A program made the translations under genes and the position numbers. From Squalus acanthias (taxonomy: Eukaryota): a stretch of 64,000 nt of DNA. The notes under the pieces were generated by a model. That model saw only the letters and a program-made list of their open reading frames with translations. It did not search any database and was not told the DNA's origin. How positions within the stretch are numbered: the stretch's first letter is position 1; the number at the start of each line of letters is the position of its first letter. The stretch covers positions 52,390,001 to 52,454,000 of the forward strand of contig CM059433.1 of NCBI GenBank assembly GCA_030390025.1, in the 5' to 3' direction. Positions 38,181 to 52,030 of this stretch are shown here, in pieces.

Positions 38181-40165
38181 CATAGAATCATTGAATCATA
38201 GAATGGTTACAGTACAGAAGGAGGCCATTCAGCCCGTCGAGCCCATGCCAACTCTCTGCAAGAGCTCTTCAGCTAGTCCCACTCCCCTGCACTTTCCCCG
38301 TAGCCCTGCAAATTATTTTCCTTCAGATACTTATCCAATTCCCATTTGAAAGCCACGATTGAATCTGCCTCCACCACCCTCTCAGGCAGTGCATTCCAGA
38401 GCCTAACCACTCACTACATAAAAAAGTTTTCCCTCATGTCGCCTTTGGTTCTTTTGCCAATCACCTTAAACCTGTGTCCTCTGATTCTCGACCCTTCCGC
38501 CAATGGGAACAATTTCTCTCTATCTACTCTGTCTAGACCCCTCATGATTTTGAACACCTCTATCAAATCTCCTCTCAACCTTCTCTGCTCTAAGAAGAAC
38601 AACCTCAGCTTCTCTAGTTTATTCATGTAACTGAAGTCCCTCATCCCTGGAATCATTCTCGTAAATCTTTTCTGCACCCTCTCTAAGGCCTTCACATCCT
38701 TCCTAAAGTGCGGTGCCCAGAATTGAACACAATACTCCAGCTGAGGCCAAACCAGTGTTTTATAAAGGTTCATCATAACTTCCTTGCTTTTGTTCTCTAT
38801 GCTTCTATTTATGAAGCCCAGTATCCCGTATGCTTTTTTAACTGCTTTCTCAACCTGCCCTGCCACCTTTAACGATTTGTACACATTTACCCCCAGGTCT
38901 CTCTGATCGTGCACCCCCTTTAGAATTGTACCCTTTAGTTTATATTTTCTCTCCTCGTTCTTCCTCGTTCTTCCTTTTCTGCATTAAATTTCATCTGCCA
39001 CGTGTCCGCCCATTCCACCAGCCTGTCTATGTCTTCTTGAAATCTATCACTATCCTCCTCACTGTTCACTATACTTCCAAGTTTTGTGGCATCTGCAAAT
39101 TTTGAAATTGTGCCCTTTACTCCCAAGTCCAAGTCATTAATATATATCAAGAAAAGCAGTGGTCCTAGTACTGACCCTTGGGGAACACCACTTCCTCTAG
39201 TCTGAAAAACAACCATTCACCACTATTCTCTGTTTCCTGTCACTTAGCCAATTTCATATCCATGCAGCCACTGTCCCTTTTATCCCATGGGCTTCAACTT
39301 TATTGGCAAGCCTATTATGTGGCACTTTATCAAACGCCTTTTGGAAATCCATGTACACCACGTCAACTGCAATGCCCTCATCAACCCTTTCTGTTATCTC
39401 ATCAAAAAACTCGATCAAGTTAATTAAACACAATTTGCCTTTAACAAATCCGTGCTGGCTTTCCTTAATTAATCCACACTTGTCCAAGTGACTGTTAACT
39501 TTGTCCCTGATTATCGTTTCTAAAAGCTTCCCCACTACTGAGGTTAAACTGACTGGCTTGTAGTTGCTGGATTTATCCTTGCACCCTTTCTTGAACTAGG
39601 GTGTAACATTTGCAATTCTCCAGTCCTCTGGCACCACCCCCGTATCCAAGGAGGATTGGAAGATTATGGTCAGTACCTCCGCAATTTCCGCATTAACTTC
39701 CCTCAGCATCCTAGGATGCATTCCACCCAGTCCTGGTGACTTATCAACTTTAAATACAGACAACCTTTCTAGTACCTCCTCTTTATCAATTTTTATCTCA
39801 TCAGTATCTCCACTACCTCCTCTTTCACTATGACTTTGGCAGCATCTTCTTCCTTGGTGAAGACAGATGCAAAATACTCAGTTAGTACCTTAGCCATGCC
39901 CTCTGCCTCCATGTGTAGGTCTCCTCTTTGGTCCCGAATCGGCCCCACCCCTCCTCTTACTACCCGTTTATTATTTATATGCCTATAGAAGACATTTGAA
40001 TTTCCTTTTATGTTAGCTGACAATCTATTCTCATACTCTCTCTTTGAACCTCTTATTTTCTTTTTCACTTCCTCTCTAAACTTTCTATATTTAGCCTGAT
40101 TCTCACTTGTATTCTCAACCTGACATCTGTCATACGTGCTCTTTTTCTGCTTCACCTTACTCTGA
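38181..40165 (-). mobile_element. CR1 LINE, 5'-truncated and frameshifted
   Basis: ORF pieces with [17 protein letters not shown] and LEYCVQFWAP; CR1 tail. Confidence 0.92.
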
Positions 40166-41083
40166 AATGCAGCTGACTAAATAAACTGCAGCTGACCACC
40201 GAATTACAGCCCAGTCGGATGTGGCCACAAGCCTGCTCTTTCAGACGTGCAATCCCCTTATCCTGCTGTGCACCTGCTTTTCCAGCACATAGCACTTCTA
40301 TTTCTCCCCACTATCTGACGTCCTGCAAGGCCTGGACATCTATTTTGGTGAGTAAATAACTGCCCTGCTCTCCCTTATGCTAATTCTTTTGTGCCGTTCA
40401 GGCTTTGTTATGTCACATTATTACTTCTGCACTGTTGGTCAACCCACTGTGGGGTTATCCTGCTGGAAATAATGGTAATATTGGGAGTTAACAAGAAGGC
40501 TTTAATTCTCCCAGAATTAGTCACTCACAGTGAACCCCCAAATTGTGCACCAACAACAATTTCTAGTCTCACATTTCTTGCTATTATTTTTTATACAAGT
40601 TATATAATTTATGCTTTACTTAATGTGAAGATTGAAATAAAAATGAATTTTAATGTTTTAATTATGTAGAGAATGAGAAGGTTTAGTTGGTAAAGGTGTT
40701 GTTAAACACTGCATTGGTACAGAACATCTAGAACCCTTACAGACCAGCAGATTGTTACTTAATCCCTGGCAATAAAAGGCACACATGACATAAATTATGT
40801 CATCTGGTTCTCCTGCTTTGTTGACATCTCATTTAATACAGCTAGAAAGGTGCACAATCTTTAGTTATCTTTAGAAGTCTGGTACCTGCTGAGGTCACTA
40901 TCAGCCCTGCTCTGTCGGTGGAAGTATAGCAGAGCGGGCACTGCTGGAGTATCTGGGGTCAAGGCAGGGTCAAATAATTCAATTACCAATGGTGGGTGCC
41001 TGTGGGCACATCTTGGGCACCTGGCAGAGGAGGAGATGGAGGGTGGACGGTCACTAGTGTCACAGCTGGCTTCATTGGCTAGG

Positions 41084-41188
41084 ACATAGGATTACATAGG
41101 ATTACATAGGATATACAGAACAGAAACAGGCCATTCGGCCCAACCAGTCCATGCTAACGTTTATGCTCCACTCGAGCCTCTTCCCGTC
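41084..41188 (-). mobile_element. CR1-type 3' tail fragment with (ACATAGGATT)n
   Basis: Tandem tail plus AGGCCATTCGGCCC stem. Confidence 0.6.
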
Positions 41189-42317
41189 AAAGCACAGGAG
41201 GCAGTGCACCTCTTTACAGTTTGTGACTGAATTCAGGAAGGTATGAAATTTTAACTTGCATTTTTGTCTCTATCAACTGAATGTCGTTGATATCTCTATG
41301 ATACTAGGTTCTTGTTATTGTAATTCCATTGACATACAGATGAAAAGAAGCAACTTTTTAAATGTTAATTTACCTATTTTGGCACACCAATTTATCTCTA
41401 TCAATTTTCTTAAGTTGCCTCCTCTCCTGAAGGAACTTGTTGCTGGAGTACGGATCTATGGACAGTGGGCGTCTTCTGCTATCGTGCTAAGGGACCATTA
41501 TTACCGTGTGTGCTCAACAGTGAGTGCTGCCACGATATTCCACTGTGGGAGGAATCACAGATCAATCCAGTCATGTCCTAATCCAATATCCACTCTTACG
41601 CACTTCCAGTAGAGATCACTGATCAGGAGTGGCAACCCTGGCTAACCTTTTTTACCCTCCTGAACTGATATGCTGAGACAAATTGTAGCCCCTACTAATA
41701 TCCTAGGTGAGATCAGCTGACTTGCGCCCCCAATCAAGGATTGAACCACTTTGGGGATATACATTTAGCCACCACGTTGAGCCCTTCAGTGAAGTTTCAC
41801 TGAAAACCAAGTCGCTTATTTGTGAAGTTGGTGAAAGCTATTTTTGTTTGCCTTATTAATCGAGGTTATGGATTGTATTCTCTGGCTTTACTGCACATTT
41901 TTAAAATCAATACAGGTTCATTACATTGCACGCATGGCCTGGCAAAAAAAAGGTTACACACTGCTTGGTGAATTTACTCCTAATCATTTACTTCATGCAT
42001 TCATAGGTCGACAAATAAAGATGATGAGTTCACTGTATGACTTCTTTAGACATGGTGATTGAGTGCAAATGCATGCCTGATGGTAACAATCAAAGAATAA
42101 TATACTATGCGGTCAAAATAAGTGTAATGATCAAATTGTTTCATTTCAGTTAATATGCAGGAAAAATCCCAGCTGCTTCTTAGCTGGTTAAACTGCTGTG
42201 CCGATGCTAGGATTGCTGAGGATTTTGTCTCTTGTAGGCATCATGCAAATAATACAGATGTTACAATGTTAGGGTTTTGCCTTTGATATTCTCTCGATAC
42301 AGCAGTACTAGTCAATC

Positions 42318-42797
42318 AACAGCAACAACAACGTGTATTTATATGACGCCTTTAATGCAGTAAAACATCCCAAGGCGCTTCACAGGAGCGTTAGCAAACA
42401 AAATTTGACACCGAATCACATAAAGAGATATTAGGACAGACGACCAAAAGCTTGGACAAAGAGGTAGGTTTTAAGGAGCATCTTCAAGAAGGAGAAGAGG
42501 TAGAAAGACGGTGAAGTTTAGGGAGGGGTTTCCAGAGCTGAGGGCCTACGCAGCTGAAGCCACGGTTGCCAATAGTGGAGTGATGAAAATCGGGGATGCA
42601 CAAGAGACCAGAATTGGAGGAGCGCTGAGATCTCAGAGGGTTGTAGGGCTGGTGAAGATTACACAGCTAGGGAGGGTCAAGGCCATGGAGGGCTTTGAAC
42701 ACAAGGATGAGAATTTTAAAATTGAGGCATTGCCAAACCAGGAGCCAATGTAGGTCAGCAAGCACAGGGTGATGGGTGAGCGGGACTTGATGCAAGT
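42318..42797 (-). mobile_element. L2-type LINE 3' fragment
   Basis: Reverse complement of the 37258-37712 family. Confidence 0.85.
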
Positions 42798-43391
42798 CAT
42801 GTTATTAGTCTGCGCGTCTTGTATTTAGGGGTGTGCCTGCACTGCCCAATATCTAACTATACAATAACGTAACCCAGCTTGTAACAACAGTATCCCCATG
42901 TGATCTGAACTGTCTTTTGCATGAGTGCTTCTTAAATTTGTTCGAAGATGGACCAAGAAAGCAGGCCCAATGCGAATCATTAAGTGTTTTTTCACCGTGG
43001 ATGAACACACAGAGCAAAAGTTATGATTAGTACATCTTGTATTTGCATAATAATACAAGATAATAAACACCTTGGGCTAAAAATTGGATATGGCCACAAA
43101 ATGGGCACTGTTAAGGCCCAACGATGTTAAGCTGCACCAGGTCAAATTGGTCTGGGTAGCACGCAAAATTCATGCTCAGTCCTCATTAACATGATTATAG
43201 TCTTGATCTCAGCTGTAAAACTGCTGCTAATTTGCTTACCACTCAAAAGATAGGCCAATATCGGGTCCAGTCTAATTCCCAGACGTGATTGTCAGAGGCT
43301 TTATTCTGTACTTAAAGGTGGGGGGAGGGGGGGGTGCATTGATGCTACAGCACCTCATTGACAATCCAGTTCCAATTTCACCTGGAAGCAG

Positions 43392-45303
43392 ATGGTAGTG
43401 GAAGCAGGTAGCTGAGCCTCAGCACAGGGAGAGAGCCCGCAGATTCTCAGACACGGCTCTTGAGGCACTGGTGGTGGCCATGGAGAGGAGGCAGGCTGCC
43501 CTCTTCCCGCAGACTGGCAGGAAGCCCTCACCCCATACATCTCGAAGGCTCTGGCAGGAGATAGCCGGCTATGTGACAGCCAGCACTGTGGTCCCCAGGT
43601 TGGCAATTCAGTGCCGCAAGAAATTTAATGACCTCACCATCTCCCACCACCTGCACCACAAGCCTCACACACTGCTCAATGCACCACACCCCCAGCACTC
43701 ACCTACCAACAACCTCTACATATCACCACTCAGACCTCACAATCATCGCTTCACTTAACATTCACAACCTTACCACTGCTGCAACACTCACACCCACATT
43801 TCACACCTTGCGCACACTGGCAGCTATTCAACCATGGCAGGCACATCACCCAAACACATTGCACCAATCTCACTGACACACTTCCCTTTCACTTGCAAGC
43901 CAACGTCACACATAACAGGAGGGAGCAGCAGCAGACAGGCGGGGGGCAAGCTGCCATCCACGACCTCAGTCAACTGGAGGAGCGAGTGCTGCAGATCATT
44001 GGGCGGCAGATCATGGAGGCCATGGCAATCAGCAAGGTTGAAGCCCTTGGGGACAACGATATGCTCATTCCTAATCCTTCTTCTCACATTACACTTCCCC
44101 CTCATCCCATAATCTCTTCTCACTTTCATGCTGCTGATGCTGTATACATGCATATCTTGCTGCCACACGCCCCCGCTCCCCCCCGCCTCCCTTCACCTGG
44201 CTCTTGTGCTTTTCTGCTTTCAGATAATCAAGAACAAGCACCAGACCAGCCTGTCCCCGAGGCGATAGAGGAGAGCGAGGGGGGAGAAAAAGAAGAAGGC
44301 ACACTGTGACTCACAGAAACCAGCTCAGAAACTGGCACTGCATGTAATTTAGAGGCTAGTGTAGAAGCAGGATCTGTACAGGGCGAGGCATTGAGCACTA
44401 GTGGGCTGCAGCAAGGCCAGGGGGAAAGAGTAGCTCTCGGGCCAGATCCCCAGAGAGTGAGTTCGCGTGTGAGCTCTGCTGCACAGGGCTCAGATGAGGA
44501 CCTCGATGGGGTGACCTACAGCAGAAAGGTGATGGGCATGCACACCGAATTGCTAAGTGTAATGGCAAGCCTGCCAGAGAGCCTTTTGGCAATGTCAGGG
44601 AGCATGGAGGAGTCCGGCTCCAACATTGCACGGGGCTTTGTGCAGAGCTTGGAGCCCATGATTTCCAGGCTGGAAATGATGGAAAGCTCCTGAAGAGACC
44701 TTGTCGACCCAGACATGATGCTGCGTGTGATGGGCTATGTCGCAGCTGCCATTGCAGAACAGACGGGAGCGACCCAATGTCTTAGTGCTGCAGCGGAAGC
44801 GCAGACCGCTCTCACAGTGTCAGCTTGCTGCCACCCAAGCTCAGATTGCTGCCACTGTGGCTAGATTTATCATTGCCGTCCGGGGCTTTCACAGTGTTGC
44901 AGCAGCCCAGCAACCTGTGCTCCAACAGATTGCTAGGAATGCTGAGGCGCCGCTCCGGGGGAGTGGCAGTGGGTCAGTGGAGCAGAACCCTGCTGTCCTC
45001 TCTCAGGATGACAGCATTCCTGTTCCCACCACTGCCACTCCGCTATTGCCCTTGCCGCTGCCTGTCAGCCTGCCAGGCCAGACCTCTGCCGCCCATGCCA
45101 AGGTTTTGCAGTCCACAGCCGGGCCTTCTAGGTCCAGAGCTGCTCGAGGTCGTCCTGCAAGGCCATCGGAAACCTCCTCCATGGAAACTCAGCAGCCTTC
45201 CACCAGCTATGCTGCAGCCACTGGGGGAGCACTTCGTAGGAACACTAGATCAGGAAAGGGCACCCGAACGACAGGCACTAAGGGATTGCACGAGGGTGAT
45301 TAG
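43392..45303 (+). pseudogene. Harbinger Myb/SANT-like (trihelix) DNA-binding protein, probably intron-containing
   Basis: RARRFSDTALEALV...LWQEIA...QCRKKFNDL, then HNRREQQQTGGG...LSQLEERVLQIIG; acceptor TTTCTGCTTTCAG at ~44223. Confidence 0.8.
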
Positions 45304-45449
45304 TTGATATTGCATATGTAAATTGATTTTTGATAAATTTATTTATTTTGTTTGGAATCTTTTGTGGTGTCTCTCATTTCAGGACGCTGTGATGATCTGT
45401 GACAGAGGGATAATATGATGTGGATGTGGTTGTTGTGAGCAACGGGGAT

Positions 45450-46566
45450 CTGGGGTTTCATTCATTTGAAACAGAATCTGATGAGGCATTCACGGACAGC
45501 CCATCTGGAAGGGGGATTGGCTGCCTGCCTCCTCCCTTCCTCCTCCTCCTCTTGCTCATCTTCCTCTTGGTCATCTTCCTCTTGGTCATCTTCCTCTTCC
45601 TCCTACTCCTCCTCCTCTCCCTCATACTCCTCCTGAAGTGGTCCCGCAATCCCTGGCAGCAAGGGCTGTGCCCTCATGAGGGCTAGGTTGTGAAGCATGC
45701 AGCAAATCAGCACGAAATGGGACATCTACTCCGCCAAGTACTGGAGGGCTCCTCCCGAGCAGTCAAGGCAGCGGAACCGTTGCTCCGGTAGCCCGATGGT
45801 CTGCTCGATGATGTTCCTGGTGGAAGCTTGGCTTTCATTATATGAGTGCTGGACATGAGTGGTGGGGTTGCGAATGGGAGTCATCAGCCAGGTGCAGAGC
45901 GAATAATCCTTGTCTCCGAGCAGCCACCCTCGAATTTCATGTGGTGGCTGAAAGATTGCTGGCACACCGGACTGACGCAGGTTGAAGGCACTGAGTGTGG
46001 TCACACACCAACTGCACATTAAGAGAGTGGTAGCCTTTGCGATAACGGAAGATCTCAGGATTGTTATACGGCACCCTCAAAGCCACGTGCGCAATGGGGA
46101 AGCCCGCTATCCTGGCAAAGCCACATGCGCGCTTGTCCTCAGAGAGAAGAAAACGTAGTCCCTTCTCCTGGTGCAGAGAGCCTCAGTGACATCCCAGATG
46201 CAGCGATGGATGGCAAACTGGGAGATGTTAGCTACATCTCCTGCTGCAGACTGGAAGGATCCGCTGGCAAAGAAATTGAGGGCTCGGTGACCTTTACTGT
46301 CACTGGGAGAGCCATGGTCTGTTTGCAGGAGGTGGCAGAGGTTTGTGATCATCTCCTTGGTGAAACAGAGCCTCCTAATACACTGCTCTTGGCTTAAATG
46401 GATAAGAGAAGTGCATTCGGAAGACCCTAGGTGGATAAGGCCTCCTTTTGAGAGCCCTGCTGGCCCTCCTCCTCCTCCCTCTATGCACATCTTCTCTTCT
46501 TCGCTGCCACCGCCCCCTCTCCCTCAGATACTCGAGCGTGAGGGGGACTGCCAGTAGAGCCCCAAT
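45450..46566 (-). pseudogene. Harbinger DDE transposase, frameshifted
   Basis: RRPYPPRVFR, ALNFFASGSFQ, WLLGDKDYSL..WLMTP, IIEQTIG..RFRCLD. Confidence 0.88.
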
Positions 46567-47745
46567 GTTGTGAGCAAGTGTTGCGAGCAGAAGCCTTAAA
46601 ATAACAATGAAGGCGTTCTGCACTTGCAACAACACTCCCTGCTACCTTAAAACCTTGAAGGAAGTTTATAAAGCTGCTGGAGTTGCAGAAAGTTGCACAG
46701 AGCCAGTCAAACTGCAGAAACATGTCAGCTGCAAGTAATTGCTGATGATCCCTTTAAATAATATTGCTGGAGTCTCCTTCCTGCTTGTCAACGCTTGCTC
46801 AGCTGGTCGCACTTAAGGCATGCCAGTAAGCGGAGCGGTGATGTTGAAACTCACAGATCAGGCCTCAAGTGAGCGTTGCACACTCACTGACGTCACGATA
46901 TGCATCATCTACATAATTTTGGTGAGTGCCGACATTGGCAGCGCTGCTGGCCACCCGAAAATGGTGGCCATCACATTTCCGCCTGCTGCCGGCGGGTCCT
47001 GAATCTGGCGGTAATGGGTGGCGCTAAACCCCTGAATTTTTAGCCACTTGTGTTTCTTCACATCAGTGGGTCACCTTGCTTGACTTAAACAAAGTAAAGT
47101 CGAATTCCTTTCCTGCATTCTAACCTTCTCGCGGTGTTTGCTGAACCTGGCTGTCCTCATAATACCCTGCTTTTAAATAAACCTCTGCACCTTCCTTTTT
47201 TTTAAACTACCCCTGTTCACAGCCAAAAGGGATCAGAGACTTCCCAACAAAATAAGTGTGACGTGTTTATTGGCGGCCAGAACAGGTTAATAAATTGCTT
47301 ATTATTTACAATCTATGGGGAAGTAATATCAAGGCTTGACTCATTAGCATTTTTAATATGGGTGAATATACTATGCTTAACACCTAACATTCAAATCCTT
47401 TCTGTGGAAAAATGGTCAAAAATCCCAACACATTAACAATAGATATTTAATGACTTATGAATGTAAATTCTGGTATTTTACAGGCATAAATTTCCTACAG
47501 CCATATTTTGCTTCGTTTGAACAAAAATGGAAGAATTGCCTATTTTTCATTGAAATTCATGATCTGTAAACTTTTGATGGCAAAATACATCATCAGCAAT
47601 ACAGTTTTATACATCATCAACATAACATGGACATCCCTGAGGACCCAATAGGAGGTCCAGAAAGAGTTACACTACTTAAAAAAAATATTTAAATCACAAA
47701 TGTAAAGTGTGAATAATAATCTAAAGCAACAACACAAAATAACAA

Positions 47746-47810
47746 TACAAAAGCAAAATACTGCGGATGCTGGAAATCTGAAATAAAAACAGAAAATGCT
47801 GGAAATGCTG
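47746..47810 (-). mobile_element. Tiny Penelope terminal fragment flanked by the direct repeat ACACAAAATAACAA
   Basis: GCAAAATACTGCGGATGCTGGAAATCTGAAATAAAAACAGAAAATGCTGG resembles the other Penelope ends. Confidence 0.55.
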
Positions 47811-47814
47811 CACA

Positions 47815-48355
47815 CAAAATAACAACATGCATTTATATCGCGCCATTAATGTAGTAAAATGTTTACAGGAGTGCTATCAAACAAATTTGACACAGATAAG
47901 GGGATATTCGGACAATGACCAAAAGCTTGGTCTAAGAGGTAGGTTTTAGGGAGCATCTTAAAGGAGGATAAAAAGGCGGAGAGGTTTAGGAATTAATTCC
48001 AGAGTTTAGGGCCTAGGCAGCTTAAGGCACGGCCACCAATGGTGGAGTGATTAAAATCGGGGGTGCGCAAGTGGCCAGGATTGGAGGAGCGCAGAGATCA
48101 CGAAGGGTTGTAGGGCTGGAGGAGGTTTCAGAGGAGCAAGTTAGGAAATGGGTAACAGAGTTTTTGGATGAGCTCAAGCTTATGTAGGATGGAAGATGGG
48201 AGGCCGGCCAGGAGAACATTGGAATAGTCAAGTCTAGAGGAAAGAAAGGCATAGATGAGACTTTCAACAGCAGATGAACTGAGGCAGCGGAGGAGTTGGG
48301 CGATGTTATGGAAGTGGGTGTAGGCGGTCTTGGTGATGGAGCGGATATGTGGTTA
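47815..48355 (-). mobile_element. L2-type LINE fragment
   Basis: Reverse complement of the L2 3' region, with internal deletions. Confidence 0.8.
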
Positions 48356-49599
48356 AAAACTAAATGGACAAGAAGGAAAGTGATAGTTGTTAAAGATAGA
48401 TGCAAAAAAACTATACTGACAGACAAATGGTAGCAAGGAAACAGTATTCGCAGGTTTATGCAAATTACATTACACGTGCAATGATGACGATAAGAATATA
48501 CTGAAGGAAGGAATTTGAATGGGCCAAGTAGCCCTGCATCAATCCTCACTGCTCTTGTGTTTAAAGGCTAAACTTTCATAGTAATGCTGCTCACTGCAAG
48601 AAAGAGATGGTGGAGCCTTCGACATGGAAATCTTACTTCACATGAGGGAGCTATTGTTGAATTATTTTGAAAGGCTCACCGGTATGGACCCGACATTGCA
48701 GTGACAGCTAGTACCTCGAATGAGTGGCAGCATAGTGGTCGTCACAAGGGTTCATGTGGTTCCCACCAGTTGGATCCAGGCCAGAAAAATGACCTCTACC
48801 CCTGGAGATGTATCAACATTAAAAAAAAATCCTGAATTTGTGATTGGATGAATGACTGGGGGTCTGGGCATCCTCCCCTCATTCCCCCCACCCCCTGCCC
48901 CCACCAACCACCCCTCCGCTTAAGAGTGGGCAAAGGCTTAAATTTGTTAGCATGGGACAGACAGGCACCAAAAGTGCATCCAAGACAGTGCTTATACCCA
49001 CCTGCTCCGTGCTAATGATGTGCCCTCCCACCACCACCCAAATCTGTCAGGATCAGTACTGAAGAATACCTTTGTACTTGTTCGCAGTATAACCACCAGG
49101 ATCCGAACCCAAGGAATTTTGGGACCCTTGTATTTAAATCTTAGATACAATCTGTTAGCTATCGTGGGATACAAGATTTCACACTACTGAGGACAATTCA
49201 TTACCATCAAAGTTACTCATTATGTTAATTAACGGCGAGACCATCAACTCCCTCTGATGTATAAATGGGTTCAATTTGACCACTATAATATTTGAAATCC
49301 AGAACAAAAGCAATGTTCTTAATTAATCCCTAAGTAGCTACTGCAGGTATGTTTTATTCTTAAAATTAAATGGCACAAATTTTACAATTTGTGATGCCCT
49401 GCTGGCAACATCTGGCCTGCTACTGGTGCCTGCAGTGCACAATTGTCCTTCTGCTCATTCACGGCTTGCAGTTGTTCATTAGCCAAGCCTGTACTGTGGG
49501 TTCTGTCCATGTTAATATTCTGCAGTATGTCTATAATTTTGAAGACTTCCAATGTGATACATTGTAAGCCAACATAGTCGAAGCATCTAAAATATTGGT

Positions 49600-50340
49600 T
49601 TGGCACTCTCAAGTATCAATCTACAAGGTTCCTGGTTTGCCCTTTATCTGTCCTCTGCTCGGTTATGAGGATTGTATAGCAGTGACATTTACCATGGTTG
49701 CATGTTAGTACAGCCAGTTCTATTATGCTCACTTACTTCAAAGAACTGCGTTATGTTTTGGTGCCTCAGCTGAAATGATCATGTGTACCTCCTAAGAACC
49801 ATACATCCATTATTTTCTGGTGGATTTGCATGCTGAAGGAATAAATATCCTTTCCAATATAGTCATGTCATAGGGCTGTTGAAAGGTGTAAAAATGGTTA
49901 CAATGATGTCCTGTACTTTGGATAACCCACCATTTTAGAGAGCGTTAGCTGCCTCTGAAGTGTGTTTAGGTTAGTGCATGGCAAAACAAAGCTTCAGTTA
50001 CCTCAATTAAATCATGGACAGCAAAATGAATCACTCTTGTGATGTCCCTTTGAGAGACTGGAAACACCCTCGGCATAAAAATTGAGTGCGGTTGTGACCC
50101 TCATGACCATTGGTAGTACAGTGCAGATGGTTGACTGTCCCTGAAGATCTCTGAACCAGGTCCTTGACTCCCTGCAGCACCTGAGCCTCATTATGCACAG
50201 AGCTCCATTGTGTACAGGTATCTGACTCTGGTGCCATATCTCTGCTGCCTGTAAAGGTTTGTCCTGAGTTCTGCTCCTCCTATTTCTTCTTTGCTCTTTG
50301 ATTGTTCTCTCCTGCTCTTCCTGCTGACATATTGCAAGTT
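49600..50340 (-). pseudogene. Very old Harbinger transposase fossil
   Basis: Minus strand VMRVTTALNFYA resembles VKVTAALNFYA; traces of downstream RKG.. and ..THD motifs. Confidence 0.5.
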
Positions 50341-51460
50341 ACCGAGCAATGGTGCTGGACCATGCTATCTGGCAGAGCACCCTCCACACTATACACTTCT
50401 GTCCCTTCATTCAGGTGAAAAACACCTGTTCTGAGTTGACGTTCAGGATTCAGTTTTGTTTATTGTCCCCTTCCACACCAATGAATTTGTATGAGTTGTA
50501 TGTAAAGGCCTTAACGAGTAAAATGTTTAATTTTCTGCTAATCTCCTTGACTGTCTACTTTTTCCTAACAGTTCAAACATATAAGAAAAATGGTTTGTAG
50601 TTTTTCTGTGAAATTTGTGGTTAAAGTGAGGAATATTGATGCTGGAAAATGGAACATTTTCCATTTCCATCCAGCTTTGAATGTCAGCAGCAGGGTCTCG
50701 GGTAAGATACAGTGCAATTAAATGCAGAAAAAGCTCTCTGTCCTACAACTGTACCTTAGCCTTAACCTTGGAGGTGCACCCCTACTGTACCAGTGTGACA
50801 TTTTTTCCATTTTCCTCACCACCCATCCTGTGGCCTCTGAGTGAGATTGCTAAATTAGGGTCCATGCCAATAGGCACTGAATTGATACTGCCCAGCTCAT
50901 TTTTGGCTGTGCAAGTTATTTATATACATTCTACTTGAAATATACAAAGGTCATTATTATTATGAACAGTCGGAGTTCCTCCAATATTCTGTTGGCCATA
51001 AACCACCTAACCAGAACTAATATAGTTGATAATTACAAATATATTATTCCTTGGTTGTGTTATTTTCTGTTGCTGTAAATTTGATCTTAATCATTACCTG
51101 CTGTCAATAGGAATATGAACGTGATGCATGAATTAATATATCAATTTATTTGGCTGAGCAGTAATCTGTAACAATTATTTTGTGTCAGAAGTTATTTCTG
51201 TGTAGCTAACTGAGATAAGAATCGAGGTGTAATTTTAGTAAATGTTTTGCTAAAGCAGTTACAGAATACTGGTTCATAATGCTGCTCAGTAAGGCTTGGG
51301 CAACCCTCAGGAAAACTACTTCTTTAGGCATAGAAGGCTGACAGTCTTGGAATTCTCCACTTCCGGTCAGGATGTCCGTCCACCTCTCCGAATACACCTC
51401 AAACCCAACGCATTTTCTTGCGTACCTGACTGTGAACTCAGAATCAAATGTATGATTTTT

Positions 51461-52030
51461 AATAACAACAGAAAACGCTGGAAAAACTCAGCAGGCCAGG
51501 CAGCATCCGTGGAGAGAGAAACAGAGTTAACGTTTCAGGTCAAAGACCTTTCGTCAGAACTGGAAAAAAGCAGGAAATGAAATAGATTTAAAGCAAGTAT
51601 AATGCTGGGAAAAGGGGGAGGGGATGAAAGAACAAAAGGGAAGGGCAGTGATAGGATAGAAAGCAGGAGAGATTAAGAGATATTGAGAGACATTAAGAGA
51701 TAATCAAGGCAAGAGGAGGTGGTAATGTGACAGGTTGAGGCTAGATGAAGTGTGAAATGCGCTGGCAGAATGAAGGACAGCTGCCAGCTTCTGGGAGGGA
51801 AGAAAAAAAAAAGGCCAAACAAAAGGGTGGATGAAAAAATAAAATAAAAAAATTTATATATGTGATAGGGGCCGGGGTTATGATCTGAAATTGTTGAACT
51901 CTATGTAGAGTGCCTAAACGAAAGATGAGGTGCTGTTCCTCGAGCTTACGCTGAGCTTCCGTGGAACAATGCAAGAGGCCGAGGACGGTGAGGTCAGAGT
52001 GGGAGTGGAGCGGAGAATTAAAGTGACAGA
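51461..52030 (-). mobile_element. Penelope-like element 3' fragment
   Basis: HFNSPLHSHSDLTVLGL...RKLEEQHLIFRLGTL is the Penelope C-terminus; terminal region shared with 10110-10442. Confidence 0.88.
51525..51561 (-). ncRNA. Minimal type I hammerhead ribozyme motif
   Basis: Minus strand reads AGTT-CTGACGA-AAGGTCTTTGACCT-GAAAC-GTT-AACT. Confidence 0.7.

Larger units (their letters stand above)
43074..47046. mobile_element. Near full-length Harbinger DNA transposon (degenerate) with convergent Myb/SANT-like gene and transposase
   Basis: TIRs GGGCTAAAAATT / AATTTTTAGCCA, CTT on both sides, two-gene layout. Confidence 0.88.
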
